Assembly: GCA_021432655.1 (NCBI GenBank)
Contig: MU271182.1
Coordinates: 1-64,000, forward strand
Length of the DNA stretch: 64,000 nt
Source of the DNA: Atractiella rhizophila
Taxonomy: Eukaryota
Direction: 5' to 3'
In this document: piece by piece, positions 49,501-62,064 of the stretch
Layout of the letters: every line of letters starts with the position of its first letter
Numbering within the stretch: position 1 is the first letter of the stretch
Translations under genes and position numbers: made by a program
Notes under the pieces: generated by a model
The model's input: only the letters and a program-made list of their open reading frames with translations
What the model was told of the DNA's origin: nothing
The model's database searches: none

Positions 49501-50520
49501 GTTCGAGCATCTCCTGCAGCCCAACAGCCGTCTCTTCGAACGGAAGTACAAGCACAAACTCAATTATCTTCCCCTCCTCCCGCTCCAGGCCGAGACCCGT
49601 CCTCCGCTGCCTCTGTTTCTTCACCCCAAGCTTCAATGTCTCCCAAAAAAAGAAGCAACAACACCTAGGGAATCGGAGGGGCTACAATGAGTACGCTTTA
49701 TTCGTCCCTCTTCTATTTTAGGATGATTGAACTTTCCAATCGTCCAGGTGCCCCTGCCTTGTATCCCCATCCACCTTCTGGGTATACGGTGGCTATTAAT
49801 CCATCGGGCGGTGACACGGAAGGTCAACGGGTGCTTTGTATCAGTTGTCGCCAGGCCGCTCAGCAACGGGATAACCTTTGCATCGACTTGTTGTATGCCT
49901 GCTCCTCGAGCTTCAAATCATTCCTTCTAACCAGTTTTGTGCATTATTAGCCTTATCCCAAAACTCCCTCGGCCGCCAATCCTTTTTCGCTCCACCTACT
50001 GCATCCCGAGCGGATGACTTCTCCCACTCCTCTAAACAGAAGCCTACATCTCCTCAACAGATTCTTCCCAAAGCGGAAGTTACATCTAAACCTTCCGCAG
50101 CGCTCGACACGAAGACCGCTCAACCAGCTCAGAGGCAGAAACGTCCATACACTCGTCGACAGCCTGGAGACCCACCGCGGAAGCGAGAAAGACTACCAAC
50201 GCATCCACGACCAAAAGCACAGGTACAAAACATGTCGACGATACAACTTCCTGGAGGCTCTAACAACGGTCCATCAGCTCCTCCTCCTACTGCTTTCAAT
50301 TCCAGTTCCAATGATCCTGGTGCAGAAGACAACGTAGTGGTTGAACCTGCGAAAATGGTGGAGGAAAAGAAGAAGGAGAAACAGAAAGAACTTGACAAAC
50401 CTGAAGAGTATTTTTTTCGAAGATGAAATTTCATTCAATGGAAAAAGTGGGGATGAGAAGGGAGCTCGAGCTCCGAACGAGGATAAAGATGAGCTCGATG
50501 AGGATGCTACGAAGGTTGAG
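46564..50520 (+). pseudogene. Copy B: divergent WOPR domain, Pro-rich linker and MATA/SOX-type HMG box; disabled; 3' end approximate
   Basis: Same WOPR exons as copy A. HMG box at about 48937-49165: HINRPDNVWVVFLKHYR...ITKEASKIWKKMTDEDRAP*HEIAGEQKKIHKIKHPDYRFHPRR. TAA at 49092, TGA at 47589, plus frameshifts. Confidence 0.72.
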
Positions 50521-50649
50521 TGATTTGTTCTCTCTATTTATTTCGATCCTCCCGTGTTCAATCACAGAATTCATGGCTGATGTGCCTTGTGCCTTGCCGC
50601 TGTAGAATGTATGCTTATGAATCATGAATTGCAAAGAATCCGTCTCATT

Positions 50650-51950
50650 CAAAGCAAGGGAATCAAGGAACCAAGGTATCTGGAGACTAATGAGTTAAGC
50701 ATCGGATGATGATCCTGGCTCAGTTCTGGAAGCCACATGCCAGTTTCATGCAGAAACAGCCTTCGCTTCTTCGCTTCGTTCAAGAGCTGTAAAAAGTTCT
50801 CCGCGAACTTTTGCGCGTCTCCCGGAAACCTCTCAAATACATAAAGTGGCTGTCCCATCAGGATATCAGGACATCAGCATGAAAGAAAGCATGTAAAAAG
50901 GGAATACTGGCTTCTTGTCCACAACAACGAAAGGACGGGTATCGAAAAACCACCTCTTTGTATAGGTAGGGTTTGGCGAGCCAGCATTGAACCTTCCATG
51001 TATGTCAATGACCTCTCTGTGGCACAATATGCACCATATGTCCTGTAGTACTTGCCCAGGAAGGGGGCAGTTACAACGTAAGCGAATCTGTGGGTTCCAC
51101 CATGCACAATCTTCAGCCTGTATGAAAATGGACTCAGTCCTTTGTCAGTCAGGAGTCAGTACAATGAAGACAGATTCATGTTCGTCCTTCATAAAGCCAA
51201 TGTTGTCCTAAGCCAGTGCTTGAACTGCCATACCATGATAGAGGTCGTTGTACCTGTAGCCACTCTTCAGCTTCTCGATCAGGTACTCCATTTTTGCCTG
51301 AGTCTCCTCCAGCTTCCTCCCAAAGTATCCCATTATCTCAGCAGTCTGTGATGCCCGGAACAATGGTTTGATTCTATGGAGGGGTTTGCAGAAGAGAAAC
51401 CTCTTCTCAGTCTTCCTCTTATCTGGTGTCAAATGTCCTGGGATTGCAGAGCGCCCAAATGAAAGCGCATAGTGTGCTCTATCGTAGGGTACAATCTGTC
51501 CATTGATCTTGCGAGAGTGCGGGCATCTGCAGCAGTTTGTGAGCTCATCAAGTCCATTCATTCTATGGAGAGATGAGTCTTACCGCTCTAGCCCCTCATA
51601 CTTCCCAAGATAGGAGCTGCAAGAAGCTCCACACATTGGCAACCACTCTCCTTTCAACCCACTCAGTTCAGCGACCAACTTCTTTGCTTCTGGGAGGGTA
51701 TGCATTTCATGATTGCGAGAAATCCAATTCTGATAGTGACCCTGATAGCTTGCTTCCATGTCGTTGTTTCGATGCCAGACTCGGAACTCATCCAATGTAA
51801 GCTACTGTTTGTCGTCAAGCTCAGGAATATTGTCCTGATAAGTTGGAGGAAGAGCCGGAAGGTGATCAGAGCCGTCATTGAAGAGTGGCATGAGGATATT
51901 GCGGACCTCACTGCAATCCAAGGTCCAGGCATTAGCGCATTCTTTTTTAC
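50650..51950 (-). mobile_element. CACTA/EnSpm (Tnp2-like) transposase remnant
   Basis: AKKLVAELSGL...PMCGASCSSYLGKYEGL..CRCP, PLHRIKPLFR and YNDLYHG resemble the N-terminal part of fungal EnSpm-type transposases. Fragmented. Confidence 0.55.
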
Positions 51951-52211
51951 TTAGAATTTTAGTACGTATGACAATGGTGTAGCATGTGTGAGCTCCACGG
52001 CTCCAGCGGGCAAGCGGTGTTGTCTTGTAGTATGCCTCCTCATCCTCTTCAGGGCCAGACCCAGCAAGCCTCACATCCTCTCCCCTCAGCTCCCACAACA
52101 ACTCCACCATCCCCCATTTGTACATCACTTTCATCTTGAAGATTGGTTCCTCCATCCACCATCTCTACGTCGCGTTCAGCCTCAGGTTGAAGATTTAGTC
52201 CCCGATGAGAG

Positions 52212-52620
52212 GTGGATCATTTGAAGCTGGCCCTCGACAAGGCCAAGAAGTTGCTTCTCCCTGTGAACTCAATGTTGAAACATCATGCAGAAAGCAGGAC
52301 GATAACGCCTTCCAAAGCTGGTGCTGATTCTTCAGCAGACGATTGGATCAAGAAGCCTGTCAAACCGTACCGGCCCATCATCAGCAAGGATATCACCCTC
52401 TCAGGGTTTCAGAAGGATGAGGCCATGTCGTTCTTCCATCCAAGTGTCGAGGCAGCTCAAAAGAAGCTGCTTAGGTACTATGACGAAATGCGGAAGCAGA
52501 GGAACTACATTCTTTCTACTGGTTGGCCACATTCTTGATCTCTGCAAGGAGCCCTGCTCATGATATCCCAGCCTATCATCCTGGGCACCGTCTTGACTTC
52601 TTCCACGACAATTATAGTGA
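52212..52620 (+). mobile_element. Possible hAT transposase C-terminal remnant
   Basis: AAQKKLLRYYDEM...NYILST, a likely intron, then AYHPGHRLDFF (KLxxYY...HP pattern). Confidence 0.4.
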
Positions 52621-52714
52621 ATCAGCCTTCAGCATGCTGAGGGGATCTTGATGAATGAACTCCAGCGTGTTGCCTCTAAAGCCACATCTGCAAATCCCCC
52701 CCTCACGTCTGCCT

Positions 52715-53225
52715 TAGAGATGTCAACGAGTATGGTACTCGTGGGTACTTGTGCCACAGGTATCCGTGCACAACAAGTTACAAATCAGCTGAAGAGGGGA
52801 AATTTTCATCAGGGGTACCCATTCATGTTCCCTGCTACGTACCTAAGAGTACTCATGAACATATGTCCTGAAATGGCAGGTACCTGTGGGGTACTTGTTT
52901 GAAAGAGTTAAAGAGAGTTTTATATTAATTTTTGATCTTAGTCACATTCAAAATGGCTCTATCTGACTCTGAGGTACAAGTAATAGTGGTGTTTAAGCCA
53001 TAAGCAATGTATAATAAGTCATCTATGTAAACTAATGTGCCTAAACTGTAAAATTATGTGGATGAGTAGAGTCTAAGTTAATACAAGGGTACCCATGAGT
53101 AGTACTCATGAGTACAAGGGTACCTGTGTCAAAGGTCACAACAAGTTACAAATCAGGCTTTAAGCTGATCGATACTCGTGAGTAAGGGTACCTGTACTTA
53201 CGAGTCCTACTCGTTGGCATCTCTA
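52715..53225. mobile_element. Non-autonomous TIR element (MITE-like, hAT-type ends), 511 bp
   Basis: TIRs TAGAGATGTCAACGAGTA / TACTCGTTGGCATCTCTA (17 of 18 match), with internal GGGTACCC and TACTC subterminal repeats. No 8-bp TSD is evident. Confidence 0.8.
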
Positions 53226-53304
53226 CCAGAAAGCAATATGTATTTGAAGACCTTTACTGGTATGTATTTTGGTTTACCTTGACCCTCTATCCTGACATAC
53301 AATC

Positions 53305-55550
53305 AGGTCTTTCGTTAGCCTCGATGCAACCCTCAAGATGGCCAAGAAGGCAAATGTTTACACTACTGTGAAGGAGGCTGGTGGTCGTCAAAAAGTACAA
53401 GTTACAAATATTTTTCGTGGAGGATTATTAACGACAGTAAATGAGGACCGGGAACTTGTGGGATACATAAGTCATAAGGTTGTTTTCATCTGTGAATTCA
53501 AAGTCTAATAGTAACAATCCAGGAATTTCTTGTTGGAAACTCACTTGAGATGGATCCACCACTTCAAGATTTTACTCAACGTGCAGGCTACTTGGAGTCC
53601 ATTTTGAAGGTAACGGGCAGGCATGTGTTGACCTCTGCTGTTGACATAGGAACAGTGTCCTTCTCTATGTGCCCGAACTCTGGATTGGCCAGGATTTAGC
53701 TCATCTCAAAATGCGTGTCTTTGAAACAATTCCTCATATAAATCTGGCATGAGCAGGTTTTGTTGTATCATTTTGAGAGGCAATCTGGAAGAACAAGGCA
53801 GACTTGTAAGATGGAGTTGCTGAGTATTATTCAGTCGAAGAAGGTTTGGAGCAGCTAACAAAAGTTGAAGACAAGTTCAAGAAGATGCCTGATCTTTGGA
53901 ACAAGTGCTGCACCACACTCAAGCTTCAAAATGGTCACATTGCGAAGGGATGCCTTATTCCAAAGCATCAGCAACTGCTGTTTACGACATCAAATAATGA
54001 AAACTGGCATAATGCAGCTGGCGAGCCATTTTGTGGATCAGCTTCTTCTCTTACAAGTGTTCTGAGTGTCCTTCCTGATATCTTCTTACGCAAAAACCTC
54101 CTTATCAAAATTAAGGACCGCTCTCAGCCAGCTGACTCATCATCTTGAGCATTTCGGAAGAAGGTTATTGAGGCTGGTACCCACCACATCTTTCTTGTGG
54201 ATCGGAATCATCGCCTGGAAGAAATCTTATACTCTTCAAGCCAGCCTAAACTGCTGGCTGCCTTTTCGAAGCATGAGTTTAGATTGGTTAAGCATGAAAG
54301 CAGTATGTTTTCTGTACTTGCTACTGGGAGTAGTACATTTATTGATATTCCATGAGTTTGGATTTATGGGACTTGACCTAGATCGCTATAAAGCGAAGCG
54401 AAAGGAGCTCCTCCAAACTCTCAAACCAGATGATATCGAATGCCCTGAAGTAATTGTTATGGCTGTCATGAATGGAATGGTTGTTATGAATGGTGAGCTT
54501 CCTGTGGACTCTGATGTTGAAATGGAGGTGTTTCTGAAGGCTGTAGGTCTTCTCTTGCACAGTCTTCTCAACATAAGAATATATTTGTATTGAGCTGTTA
54601 TAGAAACCCGAAACACTCATTTACAATGTTCTGCAATCAGTTCATCTCGCTTGCCAGAAAAGCATATGGCAACCCACTTGGATAGTGAGGATGATGCTAC
54701 TGTAACGCTCACCATCTCCTCCAAATGCCCTCATCTAAATCAAGAACTTTTGGAGCCAGATATCAAGCAGCCTTCGATACCTTGTATTTGGAACTTCACA
54801 AAATCGAACCAGTTCACATCTTCCACAAATATTGATGTGGAAGTACAACCACCGCCAGTTCCTCTGCCCATAAATGTCTCCTAATCTCGAACATCACAGA
54901 CCTTTACTTCAGCAACAGGCACATTGTTTGCAGCTTATCAGGAGAAGAGAACAATTCAAATATACTCTGATGCCTTCTGGAAACTTGCGGCCTGCCAACT
55001 CCAGTTCAAAGCTATTTCTTCGACGACAGAGAAGCAGCCGAAGTTGTTTGCCGAGAACTATAATAACCCCCAGCTTATTTTGAACTGTGTGTATCACAAT
55101 GCAGACAAGGGTGTTCCGGACGACAAAATCATTCATGACGGTTTGCTGCTCAAAAATGGTTTATAGGCAATCGAGAAGGAGGGTGCTAGTCACATTCAGA
55201 GAATAGCCAGAGGAGACTGTGAGTTTGAACACTTTTATTGACAAGAAAAGGAATTTACTAACAACTAACAATGTATTGAACGGGGATCAAACCATTCTGG
55301 AAACTACCAACGACACTCCCTCCACCAGTGAAAGTGACATACACGATGCCAACAAAGAACAACACCCTTGGAGCTGTAAAGACTTGTGGTCGATGCAAGA
55401 ATCAAAAGGATGGGTATGGTGAGAAGAATACAAACAATCACATGCGTGACATCTATGACGACAACTTTCTGCATTGGTCCAAGGATCTGTACCCACTGCC
55501 GAAGACCAACTTACGCCATATCCCACTCTGCAAGAATATGTTGGGGAAGT
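53305..55550 (+). mobile_element. Degenerate transposase-like gene, unclassified
   Basis: FVSLDATLKMAKKA...GGLLTTVNEDRE, GQDLAHLKMR and a C-terminal KTCGRCK. Many stops and frameshifts. Confidence 0.3.
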
Positions 55551-55924
55551 GAAGCATAGATGAATGTGGTAAAGAAGTTTTTCACAGATATCAACGATAG
55601 GAAGTACCTCAATCAGTGGAGATGATCAACATGCAAGTTTTTATGGCAATGACATGGGTAGAGGAAAAGATGGACTGGGTTTTGATAAAAAAAAGGTTGC
55701 ATATTGAAGCAGGGAAGAGAAAGTAGTGGTTCACTTAGTAAGTAGTCAGATGCAAATGGGTATCTTTTGTGATTTTCAGTCTGGGACATAGAATACACCA
55801 ACCTCCACTTTTGAATTTTTTATAGAGAGGCATCAACTATTATAAAATAAAGGCAAATTTTGAACTTTTATTTGATCAATTACAACTGTAGTTGCAAGAG
55901 AACTGAATGTACTGTTGTGCAGTC

Positions 55925-56640
55925 GGACGATGTAAATAATGCAAGTTGATGCTCTGCTTTGTTAACATCCCCTCAATGCTAATAATCCTTCTACGTCGTG
56001 TTAGCTAGCTCTCAGACCTTGCATTTGACATAATCAGGCCTGAGATACAATGGATAATGATGAAGCAATGGGGAATTGCATGTTTTGATATATATGCGGT
56101 GTGTATTTTGTCCTCCGCTTTTTTGAATATTTGCTCATTCTCAATACACATTAGACATCATTGAAGCTACAACACGGGCCTCCGATTAGCGCTGCTTACC
56201 TCTAAAATATGATGAATAATGGCGAAGCAAATGGGGGATTGCATTTTTTGCTATACAAAAGGTGTATATTTTTTCCTCTACTGTTTTGATATTAACTCAT
56301 TCTTACTACAAATTCTACATCGTTGTAGCTGGCTCTCAGGCCTTGTGTTCGCACTACTCACTCATGAAATGTAATGGATAATGATGAGGTAATAGCAAAT
56401 TGTATTTTTGATTTATGAAGGTGGGTATTTTTTGCTCCGCTTTTTAATGTTCCCTCATCATTATTACATGTTATATAGGGCAACAACAGCATCACATACG
56501 TTATGTTCAAGCTACTTGACTGGAAACACATTGGTTATTGATGTCGGAAGGTGGGATTTTTGTATTTTTGATTTATAAAGGTGAGTATTTTTTGCTCCAC
56601 TTTTTAACGTTCACTCATCGTTATTCCATGTCTGAAGGTA
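55925..56640. repeat. Degenerate tandem array of about 160-bp AT-rich units (4-5 copies)
   Basis: Recurring TGGATAATGATGA...TTGCATTTTTG...GGTG.GTATTTTT.CTCC.CTTTTT near 56050, 56212, 56375 and 56560. Confidence 0.75.
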
Positions 56641-57289
56641 TGATTACATTTCAAGTTTCCATGTACCTATATCTTTTATTTTATTTTATTGTGGCTTCAG
56701 AGATAGACATATTCCATTTCATAGACACTGGATCAGTCTAAATTGTATTCAAGATGAATCATTAATCATTACTACATTTTTGCACACTTTTGTTTGCAGC
56801 CCAATGTGGCGCAAATCTCCGCGAAATTGAGCGCAAAACCCTCGGGGCGACCAGTTTGCCAAAGATTTCCAGAATGACAATTCCGCCCAACTTTCTCAAC
56901 GGTGAACGTGAATGTGAGACACTTACATTTTGCTTGCAAGTCAGGAAATTCTAACATTTTCCGCCCCAGCTCTTGAGCGAATTTTGGGTTCTGTTGTCTG
57001 TTTGCTTTAGTGCGCAAAATTGTGGAAATTGTTGGGAAACGTCGTGATTTGCTGCAAAATAAGGCAAAGCGGGGAGAAACAGGAATGCACTTTGACAGGG
57101 ATCTGCAGGTGAGTATGAGACAGCAGAGAGGAGAGACAGGGAATCAAAAGCTTTTTTGTGTGTGATTGGCTCACAAGAGTTTTGGTACCCGGCCATCAAA
57201 AGTTATGGATCAGTGAAAGAGACGAGACAGTTAGATTGAGCTAAGTTCAAGACTCTTGCTGCCTGACTCCAATCATCAATAAAGATCTA

Positions 57290-57710
57290 TCTTGCAGGAA
57301 CATATCTTTCTACCACCTATCTCCATCAACACCTTCGCAAGATACTCCTTTTGATGATGGAAACTACGGTCAAACAACATCTTAATCCAGATGATCTTCA
57401 AAATGTGCCAAAAGCAACATGATTACTTGCACAGCTTGTGGATATTTCACAGATGGAAGAAGCACTATGTGAATCCCCTTTAGTCAATGAAGAATGGAAA
57501 GCTTGGGAAGTGATTGGGAAAAAGTTGGAACAGTACTATGAAGCTTTCACAGACATCAACCTCAGCCTCGTTAAACAAGCAATCAGGTTGTCTAACTTTG
57601 CTCACCTCTGTACCTTCCTTGCCAATAAACACAGAAATGACCCCAACTACCATTTCTACATTATCAGGCTTGGAACAGATGCCTTGGAGAAGCTTTTCGG
57701 CATCCTCTTC
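57290..57710 (+). mobile_element. Transposase-like remnant, possibly P-element/THAP9-related
   Basis: LNPDDLQNVPKA, LSLVKQAIRLSNFAH and FYIIRLGTDALEKLFG (similar to the DxLExxFG motif). Stops present. Confidence 0.4.
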
Positions 57711-60369
57711 TATTCCGTTAGATTTCTTTTTATGCTCCCATTGCAAGCTTGTTCTTTTTTGGGTGGGATAACTGAACATCCTGGAAAGATGCAGGTTGAA
57801 GGAGATCGACAGCATTCTTCAAGGGTGCTGTTGAAAGTAGCAAAGAGGTATCAACAAGTGTTGAGTTGGTTGAAAGCTGCAGGTCCACGTCACTGTCCAA
57901 GTCTGGATGCATGGTTCCGTCGTCAAATATTTCTGAATCATTAACTCGCCTTGAAGACAAGCTGCAAGCAAGAGATTGAGGGAATCCTAAGGTGTGTGCT
58001 GCTTCCAGACCATAGTCAGCATTACTTACAAATTGGACATAAGACTTACAGATCCATCGAAATCCACCAGCATGCAAGTAAGTTGTAACCACCACCTGTT
58101 CCGATCTTGACCATGAATAATAGGAAAGTCAATTGGAGCAAAAAGATGAAATACTGGATTGATTACAAATGGCACACAAGAATAAGTATCTTCAGGAGAT
58201 TGAGAAGGAATAATGGGAACATTAAAATTAACTGTAAATGTAAAAGGTAGAAACTCTGATAACCACAACTTTATGGCTTGAACAGAATCTTTGACATATG
58301 CATCAGATGGAGGTGATACCCATTGAATAGTACGATGAACAGTTGAGATGCTAATATGAATCTAATGCAAATTATTCAACTGCTGATTGACTGGAAATGA
58401 TAAAAATGTACATGCACCACTTTTTAATAGATTGTAATAATAATCAGAAAGAGACCAAGAACATCCCCAGCCAAAATGAAAAGGATCAGAGATATGGGTC
58501 CACAAAGAACATGAAGCAATAAACAATGTGCTACAGCATGATTTCGGTGAAGAAAGCTCCTTGAGAAAGCTTCTATCAGAAAATCAAGGTCTGCATCCGA
58601 ATACCACTCTCTCCCAAGAGTCCTGCAGAGTTGAAGAGTATTGAATAAATGGTTGATCAGCTTGAAAGCAAGCCAGTCTCGTTTCCAGGCAGTGGATCGG
58701 AGTATTCAGTCAAGTACTTCTTTTTCTTGCCGATCTAATTCCTCATCGCTGTACAATCTTTCTCAACGTCTTGTAAACCTAAAGGTAACCACCAGAGTGT
58801 TGCCATCGTCGCCAGATGTCAAGAATCCAAACTGTAAAGTGGATAGGAGAGCACTGTGCACTAACCGACATTGCTCCGTCCAAAGAAGAATGCAGGGCCT
58901 CCCACTGCAACTAGTCCCACAAACCACCATCATTGGCAGGGATATTGTGAAAGAAATGTTGTAAATATCATTATGCCTGGCAGGGACAAGGTTAGAAGGC
59001 GTTGATTGGTAGATTAACTTGACACTAGATCTCCGAGGAAACGATAGATTGTGAAATTGTTGGATTATCAATGTTGGCAGAGGCATTAAGCTCTCAATTT
59101 GATCCACAGTTGTATAGAGAAATTTGTGTTTGACTGCGGGGCACTTTTTTTCTGGCAAATCTTTCCAACTATGCCCCTTCCCAACCTAACAGGAGCATAG
59201 GCCGAAGGTATTGGCTCATCATTCCAGAGCCAGGAGATGATCAGAATGCTATTTAATGTCTTAGGAACAAATCAATGTATGTATTACCCTGGCCAAATCA
59301 AGCAGTAGATATGATAACAGTGAGATGGATTGTGGCTGTAAGGGAGGGATAACTGAGAGGCTATCTCTATAGATGAGTAAGATGGAATGAGAATGTATGA
59401 AAGAGTCTAACAAGAGAGAGCTCATTTTTTGTTCAGCGGTTTTCTAAATGATTTTCTTTGCCAGCCAGAAACAGATTATGATCTTTGTATGACTTAGGCA
59501 TGATGCTGAGTCTGGTGGAAACTTGATGACATACTTCATTTGGACAATCCGAGTCGGATCTTGTAAGAAAAGGCCATTTGAATATATTCGCATCTTTGAT
59601 GCAACATCTGAACTCCATTTTGGACTCAAAACAACCTATGTTCCATGGAATTTTGACTCAGATTGGACACTCAGAGCTGAGCTCTGACCAGATATTCCAA
59701 GGTGCCAGTTATTCGTCGGTAAACCTGATGTGAAAGTTAAGTGGTGGTCTTTAGGTTAAAAATGAAATTTTGCTTGCGTGGGGTGATCAATTTGCCAACG
59801 AAGCCCTGCTCTGAACTTCTTTCTGTTCAAGGAAGTCCCTCTCATTGTTCCGGTCAAGGGTGGACCAAACCTTCCGAGAGAGGAACCAATAAAAAACGCT
59901 TGTCAGAAAACATAAACTATTCAGTACCAAATACAAAGAAAGGGCATAACATGACTGAGGGAAGTGAAGACTGGTCCAGCCTTAAACGATGGCACATTCA
60001 CATGTTTAGCCTACAAACTGACTACATTGACTGACTTGTAGACCGATAGTTACAGTTCAAAATTCATCCTTCCATCTCGCTTGAGTGGTAATTGTTCTTG
60101 AACTAACATTGTATTATCGATCATTATTTATCCTGATTGTTTACTTGCTCCTTTTTCTTGTGTTTCGCTTTGTTACCGCTTTACTCTTTCAAATCCCTCA
60201 TAAGTATACAAAGTGTGTAAATTGTAGAGAAATATTATTCACATCTTACAAAGTGACAGGCTAGAATACAACTCAGGACCAGAGCATTTTAAAACTCCAT
60301 TGTGCCTTGTAGGTATCAAAAGATCCTCTTAACTGCTTTTCAGAGTTGAGGTAAGGGATTCTCTGCAAA

Positions 60370-60910
60370 TTAAGCCACTTGGCTGATGGCTAAGGCAAGG
60401 TCCGGCCGTGTCGCTATCACAAGATACAGGAGGAAGCGGACTAGTTCCCTGTAACAGCTGTTCCAGGATCTACATTTCTGCTTTCCCCTTCGTTCATAGC
60501 CGGTTCTAACTTCCCTCCAAGCTCGAATGGCGTTGCAGCAGCCTTTCAGTTTTCCATTTTGAACTTCTCCAGCAGGCTCTCCATACAAGCTTGTTGATCA
60601 ATGGAGATTCTATTGTTAGACTGGGTTATGCAGATACCTAAGAACTGGTGAGCTCTTCCTTCATCCTTGAGTCTGTCATGCTTCCGAAGCTCTTTGTTCA
60701 TAGCAGCTGCTTCCTTATCATCCTCAGCCATGGTGAGGATGTTGTCAAATATAGATCCCTATGAGTGCGCATTTTCCTGTTTTCCGATTTCCTCTCATAG
60801 AAATTATGGCATCTGACCTGCTTTGTATGGACACTTAACTTCTCAGTTTCTCATCGGTGTCTCCATTCCAAACTCGCCCACTCTATTGGAGGCCATAGAC
60901 ACCTTCATTG
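60370..60910 (-). mobile_element. Ty1/Copia reverse transcriptase remnant
   Basis: YGLQ*SGRVWN, HQFLGICITQ...ISIDQQAC..SLLEKFKM and YRELV..LLYLVIATRPDLALAISQVA. Confidence 0.8.
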
Positions 60911-60950
60911 CTCTTATCACTCAATTGGGGCCTTCTTAGCCAGGAAGAGG

Positions 60951-61196
60951 TGTCAGGTCTCGCTTTTGGAGCATGGCTCATGTTCTGGAATATGTGGCAA
61001 ATGGTCTACAAGGTTCTATCAGGCAGGTAGCAAATAGAGTTAACGCTGCAATATGCTGGAACATTCTGGAACATGTGGCTGTCTATGTATAAATACCCTG
61101 CCAATAGAGTGAGATATCCAGATTGGTTCTCTTAGGATATACACTCTACTTGGCATCCTCCCTATTAGATAGCTGTATAGAGTGTGAGCCCTAACA
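60951..61196 (+). mobile_element. LTR (246 bp) preceded by a polypurine tract
   Basis: AGGAAGAGG then TGTCAGG...CCTAACA (6 of 7 inverted match), with an internal TATAAATA. Confidence 0.65.
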
Positions 61197-61712
61197 ATGA
61201 AGTGCACATGGTCAAGAATGGCTTTACAATGCGATCTCTATTTGTCTACATCCTACTATTCGGTGTTGCTAAGAAACCCAGAAGATTATGGGACAGCCAT
61301 CTTCCAGTCTTCTGCTTCTTTGCTCAACAAAGGCATGGAGGGGGCCACAAAGACAGGGACGTTAGTCTGAGAAAACTATGTGGAGGAAGCACCAGGAGGA
61401 GCAGGAGGACGCAGATGGGTATGAGGCAGGGAAGGCTGTGATGCGATGCCTCGAAGATGACTTAATCGTGGAGCAGACTTTGCCACATCACATCATCTTC
61501 TGTAGTGTGTAGTGGCAGAAGATAAGGACCAAATCACCTGATGCTTGGCATTTGCCTTTGTCCTCATCTCATCTGATATATCTGAGCCATATTTACGACG
61601 CTCAGCATCAATGTTTTTGCAGTCCCACAGATGGTTCGCCATCTCTTTAGCTCTTGCTAAAGTAGTGAGTCCAAATCCCAGTCCCACCTCCTCCACCGTT
61701 TTATTACGGTAT

Positions 61713-61874
61713 TAGAGATGCCAACGAGTAGGACTCACAAGTACGGGTACCCTTACTCACGAGTATCGATCAGCTTAAAGCCTGATTTGTAACTTGTTGT
61801 GACCTTTGACACAGGTACCCTTGTACTCATGAGTACTACTCACGGGTACCCTTGTATTAACTTAGACTCTACTC
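61713..61874 (-). repeat. One-ended copy of the 52715-53225 element
   Basis: Near-exact reverse complement of about 53064-53225, starting TAGAGATGCCAACGAGTA. Confidence 0.9.
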
Positions 61875-62064
61875 CTCCTTCCTCAGAGAAAGGAGAAGGT
61901 TAGACTAGCACTGATGATTCTGGTCTTGGGGACAGCCAATTGACGTCTCACCAGGCCGCTCCTTCTCTCCAGCGTCTACTGATCCGTCCCGCTTACGCAT
62001 CTTTCAACACAACACACAAAAATCTCTAGCTGCTTTCCACTCGCTTCTTTCCACCGCCCACGCC

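Noticed and set aside
58026..58700. Ulp1-like protease remnant (QSPEDTYSC)
   Set aside because: Only a weak partial motif, with no clear catalytic His/Asp context.
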